IMG/VR virus record: IMGVR_UViG_3300027804_000061
Length of the DNA stretch: 64,000 nt
Direction: 5' to 3' (one strand)
Source: an uncultured virus (IMG/VR IMGVR_UViG_3300027804_000061)
Taxonomy: Duplodnaviria > Heunggongvirae > Uroviricota > Caudoviricetes
Part shown: positions 36,632-49,300 of the stretch, in pieces
Numbering within the stretch: position 1 is the stretch's first letter
Layout: each line of letters starts with the position of its first letter
Translations under genes and position numbers: made by a program
Notes under the pieces: model-generated
Database searches by the model: none
The model's input: only the letters and a program-made list of their open reading frames with translations
Told to the model about the DNA's origin: nothing

Positions 36632-37069
36632 ATGTTGAAACTCAAAGTCCCTACCGAAAAAAGATTCTTTTTTAAGCAGAACGAGGAAAGCGATGCGTTG
36701 ATTGACGCAAACTCGGATGATCATGAAGGATTTGCCAGTTTTCGGCAGGCTACAACAGGCGAAACAGAAATTCGAACCGGTCTGACGCAGAGCAGAAAGT
36801 GGCGTCAGGAAGAAGGAAACATTACGTTGTATGACGATTTCAACGCGGATTTTCTGGCGCGCACAGAAGTGCGTTTGACGCTTACGTCTACGGACATTGA
36901 GTTTCCGGACGGAACTCAGCTTGCTTTTCACGATGGAAAAATTTCCAACGAAAAGCAGTTTAACAAGTGGTGGAATATTTTGCCGCCAAAATGGGCCAGA
37001 ACGCTTCACAAAAAGTGCCTGGAGGTAAATCCGCTTTGGGACATGTCCAAAAGCGATGACACTGATTGA
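36632..37069 (+). CDS. tail assembly chaperone (putative)
   Basis: Position between the tail tube and tape measure genes. Confidence 0.6.
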   Translation: MLKLKVPTEKRFFFKQNEESDALIDANSDDHEGFASFRQATTGETEIRTGLTQSRKWRQEEGNITLYDDFNADFLARTEVRLTLTSTDIEFPDGTQLAFHDGKISNEKQFNKWWNILPPKWARTLHKKCLEVNPLWDMSKSDDTD

Positions 37070-37361
37070 AGATCTGGAAAAAGAATGCGACGTGTATTTT
37101 GAAAACACGATGTTGTCGGGGCTCACCGATTACACAATGATCGGTGAGCCGGACGAAGAAAAAGAAAGAATAAATCCTCCGGGAGAGCTGCAGATGCTGT
37201 GGATGACAAAAACGTATCACAGCATGCCCTGGAGGGGAGGTTTAATGGACCAGCCAAGTTTTTTGATGATTTGTTTAAACGTATGCGAATCATCGGAAAA
37301 CAAGGCAGAAGAAATCAAACGCCGGATTTTGGAGGCAAAACAAAATGACAAATCCACCTGA
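37056..37361 (+). CDS. second tail assembly chaperone (putative)
   Basis: P..GG.MDQP motif common in small genes just upstream of tape measure genes. Confidence 0.6.
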   Translation: MTLIEDLEKECDVYFENTMLSGLTDYTMIGEPDEEKERINPPGELQMLWMTKTYHSMPWRGGLMDQPSFLMICLNVCESSENKAEEIKRRILEAKQNDKST

Positions 37362-40300
37362 TCAAAGCCCTCGCCGATTGAGAATCAAGCAATCTGTAAA
37401 TCATCAGCATTTGTCGGCTGTAGAACGAGATCTTGTGGATCGTGTCAATCGTCAGATTGGTCCAAATTTTCAGGCAAAAATTGTGCTTCGCCCCAGCGCA
37501 ACACGCGTTGAAGTAGCAAAAAGAAAAAAGAACGATCAATTTTCCGTTCCCGGAACATCAAAAACGGTTGATCCGGAAGCAGGAAAGCATTTGAGAGAAA
37601 AGGTTCTTGTTGTCTCTCAGGTAGACACAAACGGAGCCACTGTTCGAGAAACACACTTTAAGCTGGAAACCGCAAGCGTAATGGGTCCGGATTTGCGCAG
37701 TGGAAACTTGTATGCGCAGCACGACATGGTTGCCGTTCAAAACGTCATTATGACTCCAACCATGGTGTTGAATGACACGTCTCGCTCACGACTTCCTGTA
37801 ATTGCTGATAAGCATTCCGCTTTGACCGGTGATCAGTTTTTGTCGTCTGCAGATGTTGCCGTCAGAACCATTGTGGGTTCGATTAAGCATCAATCCAATT
37901 CCACAATGCACGATCGGTTTTCTGAATTGACGCAGCATTATCCAACTGTTGCTCCGGATTATCGCGGCATTACACAGCTTGCCGGGCCGCATCTGGATCC
38001 AAATCAAAGCAAGATGGCCGCAGGACTGACTGCGTACGTCAGCGTGGAACGCGGTCCGGGAATGCAGCAAAGCGTTTTTGACGCATTGACCAGTTCAGAC
38101 AACCTTGCCAATTCCGGATATCAGGAAGGCGCTTCTGCATCTACGCATGCCGGATTTCAGGCAAAAGAAAGAAGACACGTTCCCAACAAAAACGCAGTTT
38201 TGATTATTCATTCTGCGGCCAGCATGCAGGGCGGTTTGCGAGGATCGGTTGGCATGGGCAAAGACAGCGAAGGAAATCCAACTACGCTGACTTCCATGAA
38301 GGAAAACACCGCAGAATCCGCCGGCAAATCAAAAACAGAGCGCAAAAAAAGCGCAGAAAAACAGCTGCAAAAAAGAGAAGCAGTCAGCCAGAGACAGGGC
38401 ATTATTCCTCAAAACGTCAATCCTCTTGTTTCTGCGCAATACAGAGAAAAAACAGGAGCAGTTCCCGCAGAAGGATTTTTGGGAGTGCTTATGTTTGGCT
38501 CCAAAGTCATGGCTCCGGGCGGAGTGGACGAAAAAGGGAATCCCCTTCCCGAATACGCAGCTCACATGGATGCAGTAGGAAGCGGCGGCATGGTGGGAAG
38601 TTTTGACGCGTATCGCATGAGAGGAGAGTCCGCTTTTGCTGACGAAATTACGCTGATGCCAAGATCGGCAAATATTCGAGATCTTCGCATTGTCGCCGGA
38701 AGAGGTGCATTTGTCCCGGCTTCCGGAGGCGTAATTGCTACATGGGGTCAAAGCGCCATTACGGGAGAAACCATTGAAACGCGCATGCCCAACATGGGCA
38801 ATCGCGGCGGCGTAAAAATTACCAGTCACATTCTTTCGTTTGGCAATGACGAACTGTCTGCTCGGCACATTCACGATCTGATACAAAGCCCTGACGTTAC
38901 GTTGTCTTATATTCACGGTTTGATTAAAGATCCGGACAGCACAAAAAAGGGACATGCAAAGTTCAAAGAAAGAATTGAGCTTGAGCAGAAAGCCATTAAA
39001 AATCTGAACAGCATTTTGAAATCTTCTGTTGAAAAGGAATATGCGGCAATTGACCGCACTTCCATGTCTCCGGAAGACATTGCTCAGCTTGAAAAAGACA
39101 AACAGGAAGACATTCGCGCTTCTGTCATCAAATACGACAAAAAAGCCGTTGGTGGAAAAAGAGAAGACACGGCGCTGATTAGTTCTACTTCGTATATTCA
39201 GACGCCTGATTCCATGAAGGGCGGCGGCTTTAAAGCCATGCTTGGTCATGTAGAGACAGATCCAAGATCGCAGGAAATTATCAAATCTGTCTTGAACGGC
39301 AGAGCGCCGCATGAAATTTCAGAACAGGAAATCAACGAGGTTATTCTTCCTAAATTTGTCAGTGAATTTGGTTTGAAAAAAGGAAGAAACCAGCAGATTT
39401 CAGATGTTGCGCTGCAGACTTTGGTGGGAAATTCCGTAAAAAATGTTTTGTTTGGCAAAGGATGGCAAAAACTTCAGCAGGACAAAGACATTGAAGAAAT
39501 CAGCCAGAGAAATATTTCCGACGCGCAAAAATCTCGTCTGATTAAACAGATTAAAAGAGGAAAGCGCGCTCCGCTGACTCCCGTGCTGGTGATGACGCAC
39601 GATGAAATTAAATACACAAGGGATCTTCATCTGCGCACTATTTTGACGTATTTGCAGCAAAGCGCACCGGATTCTCCAATTGGTTCCGGAACTGCGCCGG
39701 ACAGCGCAGTTGCCAGACACATTAAATCCATGGGAGAGATGATCCGTTCTGAATATAGAACAACTGGATCAAGCGCCAGCGGCATGGATCAGGAACGAGA
39801 AATTGAAGAAAACATTCGATTTTTGGGAACGACGGAAAAAGAAGCGTCGGAATCGTATGAACGCCGCAATAAAGCATTTTCAAACATTGTCACTAATGCA
39901 ATGGATTACGGCGGCCGTCCGTGGATTTTGACGTCATTTCCTCACGTTAATTCTGAGCCAATGGGCACAACCAACATGGTAAATGCGCCGTTTGCTCGCG
40001 CAATTACAAAAGTGTCACCAGAACTTCGTGACTATTTGAGAAAAAACAACACTGCTTCAAAAAAGATTTCTCAAATGCTTGCACCGGAATCCTGGTCGGA
40101 AGACGAAGCTGTAGACATTACAGCTGAAGATTTTCGTACGCTGATACCCAGCGAAAGAGCCGCAGACGAGCATGAACGATTTGAAGCCGTAAAAAGAATT
40201 TACGACAATGCAGTCAAAAGAAGAAAATCTACAAAAAACGCAGCCATGCGTTTGACCATTGGCACTGATGAAAAAGGAAATCCCAAGCAAATTGTCCTGG

Positions 40301-43300
40301 CCTCTCCTTATGCGTTTTCCAGTCTTGAACGATCCGATCCAGGAACTACGCTTACGCGCCTGGTGGAAAAAGTGCAAAACAGAGGAGCTTCTACGGCCAC
40401 AATTGAACAGCTTGAAGTAATTCACAGAAAAGCAGTTCAGCAGTATGCACAATCGGATGCCGGTCAGAAAAGAATGCAGAACTTTTCAGGAGAAGGCGTC
40501 AATGCAATGGCGCTTCGATATGTGTCCAGCCCGGATGCAAGCCCTGGAAAGGTTTTGGTCGGCAATCAGGATGTTGATTCTGTTGCATCCGGATTTGGCA
40601 TCAGTTCCAAACAAATGATTCGTGCCATGCGATCCGGACAGAAATTTCACGTTTACGTGCAACGATATCCTCAGTCCGAAGGAAGCGGAGCGTGGTATGA
40701 GCTGGAATACCGCAAGAAATACAAAGGAGCTATTGCTGTTCCAACCGAGGCAAACTCGCAGTTTGCAGGCGACGACGACGGCGACCTTGCAAACTTTATG
40801 GCAGGGTTCAGACCCGTTACTTACAGAAAAAACGGGAAAATGTCTACGGAATTTGTTCCGTTGCCGGGCGTAGAGCAGGCGGTTATTGATCAGGGATCGG
40901 CAAAAGTAACTGCTCTCAACAGATTTGCGTCGTTTTACGGATTTAAAGAACTTAAATCAAGAATCGAAGAAGCGCGCAGTCAGGTTGAAAAATACATGAC
41001 GGATCAACTGGAACATACACAAGAGTTTCAGGATCACATGACTGCCACGTATGGAAAAATTGACGCTGCAAAAGATCCGGAAATGTACAAGCGTGCGTTT
41101 GAAACTGAACGCGATCGCCGCGCAGTAGACGCAATGGTGTCTGGATTTAATTTTGTCAGCGAAACCACAAATCGCGGATATCACGTCAGAAAGCTAAACC
41201 TTGAGTTTGCTGGAAAAGAACAGAACACGCAGCTGGATGCAGAAACAAAAATGGTTCCTGTTCGCGCAGGGGAAACCAAGGGAGACAGAGCATCAATTAT
41301 TTCCAACGCGCTTGGACAATACGCGGTGGAATCAGCTCCTCAGGTGATTGCACATCAATCCGCAGGCGAAGGAGCGGCAAAGCGAGACATGGGCATTTAC
41401 ACCATTGTCAAAAGCCTGCAATACACCGCAGAAACGCCCGAGCATTTGAAGGCAATTGAAAAAGCTTCGTTTGACATTTACGGAGAAAACCCAATAGAAG
41501 GTCTTGGTCGATCTATACGACCGCATCAGAATCCGTACGCATCTGCTTCCTCTCAGGCATTGTCCGATCTGGACTGGATTTATCAGCGCGCGCTGGACAT
41601 GCTGCCCAAACACGAAGAAACAAAAAACTTTACAAAATCGTTTTTTGTATCAGACATCAACACGTCTGAGGATTTGTTCAAAAGAAAGGAAATGACCGAA
41701 AACATGCTGGCTTCGTTTTTGCTGGCAGAAGAAGTCACGCCCATTGCCATTGGCGCAACATTTGCTCGCCGTGGAAACGCAGATCAAATCAAATTTATCA
41801 CTGAATCTGCACAAAGCATCAAAGACGAAATTGACAAAAAAAGAAAAGAATCTGGAAAGGAAGTAACCTTGTCGGATTTGAGACAAATTCAAAAATTCAA
41901 CAGCATTATTGACGGTCATGGATTTGACACCACGGCATATGCGGAAGACGCAAACAGCGCCGTGGCTGCAACCATTACTCATCAGTCGTATATCAACACC
42001 ATTGCTCGCATTAACAGCGGCAAATACGATGACGCAACGGTTGATCAGAAAGAGAAAATCAACGATGCGCTTAAGTCTTATCTGGGCAAAATTATCAGCA
42101 ATCCCGGAACATTTCGTAAGGACTGGGAGACAGTTGCATCTATGTCCAGAGAAAAGGATCCTACCGGGTTCTGGTCTCAAGCAGTGGATCAGGCAGGCGG
42201 CATGGAGCATTTGACAAACATGGATCCGGTTTCTATTGCGGACATGTTTGGAATCAAGCTGGAAATTCCGGAAACGCCAGGCGAAAAAGACAGGCAGATG
42301 GGAAAAAGAATGATTGATTTGAATTCTTTTGCATCAAACCCTGTAGAAGCATTTGCAAAACTAACCGGATTTGGAACGGACATGATTCACCCGGATATTT
42401 CTGTAGATGATGAAACGCAAAGCAAATACCGGCAGGCAATGGGAAATGCAAGATCCATTAATTCTTCTGGAAAAATAGAAGAAGGCAAACCGCGCGGATT
42501 TAATGCACGCGCATCCAGCATTCAATCCATTGTCAGCTTTCCAGACAACGAAAAAGATCCAAGGCGCGCAGCGTATCAGTTTGCGGATGTTGGCTCTCAA
42601 ATTTACAAATCCAGTGCGGTATTTGAAATTATGAATCAAATGGCCGTAGATCTTTTGGCTGGAAACAGAACCAACACGGCTATGTTCAGAGACGAAAGCC
42701 TTCCTCATGGATTTGCAAATTTGAGCCTTGGGAAAAACGAATACACTATTTTTCAGCAGACCAACCAGCAGATGCGCGGCGGAAATAGGTTTGAAGAAGA
42801 TCTTCGAAGACAACTTATTGACGCAATGAACAATGCGGCAGAAGAATCCTTGAAACCCGGATCTACCAGAACAAAACCCACACAGGGATTTTTGCATATG
42901 TCCGGAATAAGTTTGTCTGCTCTTGACGAACCTTCCGGAATGTTTTTTAGCGGAACGCCTGACTTTTTTAGAATGATTGGAGAGAAGCCGAAGGGAGAAG
43001 ACGGATGGCAGCTCAATCTGCAGGTGTACGACGCAAAAAGCACAAGCGTTGGAAAAGCACTTCGCAATCTCGGATTCAGCATTGAAGACATTGAAGATGT
43101 TACTCGGGACAAACTAAATGACGTAGGTCTTTCAGATGACTTTGGCGTGTATTCCGGACAGATTTCTTCCTACGTTTATCTTGCCCAAAAAATGGCCAAG
43201 AAAATGAGAAACGATGCTGCAAAAGCAGCCGGAAGAGCACTGGAAAAAAAGAAAAAACCATCTTCTTCTGATCCATTTTCAGACATGGAAGATGATGCAG

Positions 43301-46300
43301 AAGAAGAAGGAAGTGATGTTGAATTCACCGGATCGTTTAAAGATTTGGACATTGAAGGCGTAAACGTCAAATCCAAGTACGCGCAGCACATCAATCGTCT
43401 TACTGAAATGCTGTCCGAGCAGAAAGTGCGCATGTTCAACGGAGAAGGCAATGAAATGACGCACAGGGAGATTGCCATTGGCATGGCGGAAGCCATGGCC
43501 GCAGGAAGAATTGAAGAGGGCGGCGTTATTGTTGGCAATACGGACAAAAGCGGCAAGCGTCTTTTTACCGACAGCAAAGTCCTTGGAAAAATCAACGCAA
43601 GCGGTCTTACGATTAAAACGCTGCTTCAGAACAATTTGATTTTGTCGTCCCGCAGGCTTCCCGCATCCGGCCCGCAATCCGTGGAAGGAATGCTGAGGGC
43701 GTTTCCCAGAAAGGCAAAACAAATTGCCGCATCCGACGCCGGATTGCGCGCTCTTGGGTTTATGTATCACGCGATTGGCCTTGCCATGATGAACAAGAAC
43801 GAGCTTCTTGGCAGAAACCGTGAAACAGGGCAGATTGATGAAAACGGAACATATGCGGATTTGAGCCCGTTGTTTGGTGTGCTTCGGGAAAATCTTTCTG
43901 CGGATCCTGTTGCAATTCGATCCGGATTTTCGGCAAACGGAAACCCCTTTGGAGATGACGAACCGGCAACGCCGTCCGGGTATCGAAGATCGTGGACTAC
44001 AGAAGACGAGGAAGCGGATGAAACGGCGTCGGTTTTGTCCACGATGATGCAGCATTCTCAGTTGAACGCGCAGCAGATTTCTTCTATGGAATATATTTTG
44101 CGAGGTTTTGCTCGCAAAGCGGACAAAACAGGAAGCATTTCTGTGCAAAAAGATGGAAACGCCATTGTTGGAAGAAGCGCAAAACCGGTTGCCGGAAAAT
44201 TCAATTATTTGCTTGGCGACAAAGCCGATGAGCTGCGAGAAGCTGTAACTTACAAAAACTCGGCAAACGAAAACGTAATAGCCGACGACATTGCCCTGAG
44301 AGAGGCAATTATTGGCGCATCGGCAGAATACGGAAACGACGGCAAAACCACTTCTGTGGATTCTTCTATTCAGGACAAATACATGCTGTCCGGAGGGGTA
44401 AGAACAAATCGTCTTAGCTACATTTCTACGCACGCAAGAAATGTGTTGAATCCGTATTCCAACAAAGAAGATGCAAGAGAGATTTTGAAAGAAAGACTTG
44501 CAGCGCAAGCCGAGTCCATTCAAAAACTGCACAAACAAGCCGAGCTTTTTGACGCAGACGATTATGCAAAGCTGACCGACATGCCGCGCAGCGTGGACGA
44601 CTTGAGCAACGCAGCAATTGCCGAGCTGATTCACAATCGATCCATGAGTTTTCATCAAAAGCTGATGGATCGATATCATCCTCAATACGAAGAAATTGGA
44701 GAATCTTCCATTCGTTTTGACAACAACAGCCTGGTTGGATACGATCCAAAAACCGGACAGATTGGAGTAAGAGACGAACAAATCGAAAACAAGGTAACTG
44801 CTTTTCGGTTGAACTCCAGAATGTTTTCCATTGGCGGAATGATGGAATCTGCGCAAATGGTGATGATGCGCATGGCGTATGCATCTCTGCAGACAATGGA
44901 CAAAGAAGGAAAAGAACTCAAAAGAGTTTTTAATCAAAAAACCAACGAAGAACTGGACGACATTCTGAATCCTTCCGGAGAATCAAAAAGAAACAAAACC
45001 AAGGCCGCAAGAGCGTCTCGTGCAAGATCGGAAGGCATTGGCAAAAAACTAGCTTCGCTTGCCAAATCGTTCACAAAAAGAAGCAAGCACATTTATACGT
45101 CTAAGGATTTTGCGCAAATGCCAAAAGGCGGCGCAGGAATTAATGACACGAATTTTTGGTTTCAAACGCCTGTAACCAATCAGTATGAAGGCGTTGGTGC
45201 TTTTTCTACTCAGTCAGATCACAGATCCTGGTTTGTCAGTCACCATTTGAAGCCTATGCATGCCATTGCAAAAGGCTTGATGGAAATGGGGATCAGAAGC
45301 AATCAGTGGAAAAAAGAAAATGTGGATGAAGAAATCCTGATGGGAATTCTGATGACGCATGATTTGATGAAGGCAAAAACCACACGCGGAGATTTGCGCA
45401 AAAAAGACAAAGAAGCGGCAGCTGGAAGAAAATACGATCCTGAGGAAGACAAGACTCCGGCTTTTGACATGCTTTTGAAAATGGGTATGTCAAAGGAAAA
45501 AGCGGAAAAAGTCAAACAGTATTTGTCTGATATGGACGCGGTCAAAGATCCAAAGTGGTGGGAAAAAGACCAGAAAGACCAGGACGGAAATCCTATTTCT
45601 ATTGAAGACAAAATCAAGTCGCTTTCTCCAGAAGTGCGCATTGCTTCTACCGCAGACGCAATTTCTCACAGAACAAAAGGGCGTCACGGGTTTTTAAACA
45701 TTTTTAGCCGATTGACCAACAGAGCAAAAGACAAGCCGTCTACCCTGCAAAAAATTGCAGAGTCCAACAAAAATAAATCCAGTAAAGATTCTCGAAAAAT
45801 TTTGATGGACATTGGAGACGTAAAGCGATCTGAAGTAATGAGCGACGCAAGAGAAGCGTACGATCCCATTACTGATGAAACATACGTTTCCGGGTTTGCT
45901 TCTGACATTGCTCAGGGTTTGATTAATAAGTTTGGCGACGAGCAAACCAAATCTATTTTTGACAAAATCAAAAACGCTTTTGGAGACAAAAGCAAGTTTT
46001 CAACAATTGATCCGGCAACCGGAGAAATGAAGCCGTTTAACCGCACCGGTAAAATGCGCGGCGGAAGACTTTGCAAAGGCGATATCGACATTGTTGGTGA
46101 AGTTGAAAAAGAGTCTGTGTTTTCCAAAGAAAACGGCGAAATGATTGTTGAGCCTGGAACAAAAAGAAATAAGAAAGAAACCGTTGGCGAATTTGGACAG
46201 GAAATTATTTCTCCCGGAGAAGACGGAGAACTGTACGTATCTCCCAACAGCGCTATTAAACGAAAAGATTCAGAGAGCTACCGCTCGCAGCAGCGCATTC

Positions 46301-49300
46301 GTTTCGGATTTGGCATTGGAAGACACGAAGGTGGTCCAGTTCAAAAAGAAACAGGAGCAGTTGTTGGAGAAACTTCTGAAGAAAATTGGGAAACAGAACT
46401 GTACAAACTTGCGTTTTCTTCTGTAAGCAAAGAATTTGACACAACAGAATCCATTAAACACGCTTATCGTAAAGAGTTAGAAAAAACACTTTATAAAGAC
46501 GATGAAGCAATAACAACACGGGGAAATGTTGTTGGTCTTGGTACTGGAAAAAGCAAGCCGGAAAAAGATTTGGGCATAAAAGCAGAATACATTGAATTGC
46601 CTAAAAATATTTTTCCAAACAAAATAATTAGTTGGTCAAATTGGCAGAAAGATGTTGCTAGAAAAACAGAAAGCCATTTGTTTGTTGATGAAAATAATGT
46701 GCCGGAAATTGATATATTAAGTTTTTTAAAAGATTATTTTTCTAAAGATTTTTCAGAAATGCCTGAATTTAATTATTCAGACGAACCAGAAGAAATTGGG
46801 CTTGCAGGATTTTATCGTTTCACAGGTGATAAAAACAAAAAAGGAGAAATAGTTTTAAATAAAAATCTAGAAAAAAGTTTTGGAGTAGAAGGTCTTTTTG
46901 TTGGTCTTCATGAATTGGGTCATTTTGCTCACTTTTCTTCTATTGGATTTGATAAAAATCATCCTGATTGGGGATATAGCAGAAATAAAATAATCAAAAA
47001 AGAGCTTGTTGCAAATAAGTTTGCAAAACATTACGGGAAAAAAATAATTGCCGATGAACCAACTCTCAGTCTTTTTAATCAAAGAGTTCTTCTTGCTCAA
47101 TCTGATTACGAAAAATACGTAGACGATTATATTTCGTCTGGGTTTGATTGGAACAAAGTTGCGCATGCAGACGGTGGTTTAGTAAAAAAAGATCGTTCTT
47201 ACGTTGTGGGAGAACATGAAACAGAAGAATATGCAAGGCTGGTAAAAGAAGGATATGGCCTGGACGAAGCTGGCCCCAACGAGGGAATCAGACCCATTCC
47301 TCTTGGCGGTTTTCGGTCTATTTCAGAAAACCTTTTGGGCGTTGAAGCAGAAGGCGTTGAAGTTCACACAGAAGGTCCCGCTGCCGGCAGAGCAAAATAC
47401 GCGGAATGGGCTGCAAAAATAGCAAAAAGAGCGCATGGAACTTCTCTTGGCGTTGACGTGTTTGACATGGTGCGCAGCCATTACGGAGACATTCTGAAGT
47501 ATCTGCCCACCATGCGCGTGTCTGACAAAAGTAGAGACAGTTACATGCAGGAAGTTGTAGGAAAACATTCCAGTTTTTACAGATCTCCTCTTCCTCACTG
47601 GGGAAAACTTTTTCGCGCAGGAAAAAACACGCCAAAAGACGACGCGGAAAACTACGCTGGAGTAGTCATTGCTCCTGTTAGCGCAAACAATTCCGTAGAG
47701 CATCTTGCGATTTTGTCTCATGAAATTGGGCATTATGAAGACGATTTTGCGCACGGTTTTGCAGAAGGAACTACTGGAAAACCGTCGTGGAGAGATCCTG
47801 AATCGTACGAAAAGTGGATGGAAACAGAAGCCAGGGCGTCTATCAACGCCATGAAGAATTTGAAGCAGCTGCTGGATCCGGAAAAATACAGACTTGCAAG
47901 TCAGACTCTTTTGAGAACCCAAGTGCTTTACGAAAGAACGTTTGATCTTCAGGAATCCTCTATGAGAGGAGAAACGTTTGACGACGTTAAAAACACGTAC
48001 GTTTCCTACAGAGAAAAAGCAAAAGTAAGAAGAAGCTCTGCGCGAGCTGAAGGCGGTCCGGTGGAAAGCGGATCTTCTTACGTTGCTGGTGAATTGGAAA
48101 AAGAAACATATAAAGGTCCTGCTGTTTCAAGACAAGGAGGCTGGGTTGAAAAAGATGGCATTGAACAATGGGATCCGTCTGCGGGAGATATTCTTCCTAT
48201 AAGTCAGCAAGAATATATGAGGGCCTGGGAGGAAAGTGAAAAAGGATTTTTTGTAACGCGAGATCAAGGAATTGCTCTTAGAAAAGCGCCTACAAATCGA
48301 TACGAAGATTTTTCTTCTGAATGGAACAAAGCTGGATATTTTCGATTTTGGGATCCGCTTCGCGCAATGGGAGAAGTTGCAGGAATTGGAGCAAGAAAAC
48401 TTGGCGCAGCAGCTTCTGTTCCTTTTGGTCTTGGCATTGGATTTGGCATAGGAGCGTTTAACTTTTTTAAAGGAATTCGTTTTTCAATGCCGCAAGGAAA
48501 GGGATTTAGATTTCCTAAAATTTCTCTTCCAAAATTTTCTTTTGATATTCGTATGCCTAAATGGGCAGGAATGGAACTTGGCTTTAAAAGCGGAAACGGA
48601 GGAAGATTTTCTTTTTCTTTGCCAAAAATAAAGTTTCCTAAGTTTAACTTTTTTCCAGGTCCGGATCAGAACAAAAGAGCGCTTCATCGCGGCATGCTGC
48701 AAGACTCCTGGGACCTCAGCATGGAAAGAGACAGAAGAAAAGAGGAGCTTGCGCAAAGCTGGGCGTCGCAAGTTGAGGGAATTGGGGCGCCTTACGACGA
48801 AGAGCTTATGAAGTCGCAGGACGAAGAGTTGAAAAATCTGAACAGCTACGTTGACATTTCTCCGTATCTGAGAGAAAAGTACAAGGATTACAGACGATCA
48901 AGCGGAGAAAAAAGAGATTCTGTAGTTTCTGACATTCTTGGAAAAATCAATCAAGGTCTTGAAGCGGATTCTCAATGGAGCAAAGAAGACGTTAGTGGAT
49001 TTATGGAAGTTGAAAGATGGAAGCGCGGAGGAGCAAGAACCGGTTTGATTGGCGGTCTTATTGGGATTGGACAGAATGCGGTGCGTGATTTTGCCGTAGA
49101 TGCTGTTGATTTTGCAAAGTCCGTTCCTGATTTGGCGCAAAAAGCTGCGGGGTTTGCAAAAGGAAAAATTGAGTCAATTGGAAATGCGTTTTCTGGATTT
49201 AGAGAAAAAGTTGGCAATCGCATTGAATCGTTTGCATCTGGATTTAGAGCATTTTCTTCTAGAGTGCTAAATACATCAAAAGACGTATTTGGAACCGCTC

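Noticed and set aside
36632..37361. Programmed -1 frameshift between the tail chaperones
   Set aside because: No clear X XXY YYZ slippery heptamer near the end of the first ORF, and the second ORF has its own ATG.
43279..44937. Long antisense ORFs (e.g. 552 aa here; also 177-1055, 5880-6824, 19794-20861, 32144-33145)
   Set aside because: They are shadows of real genes on the opposite strand, with no motifs or RBS.
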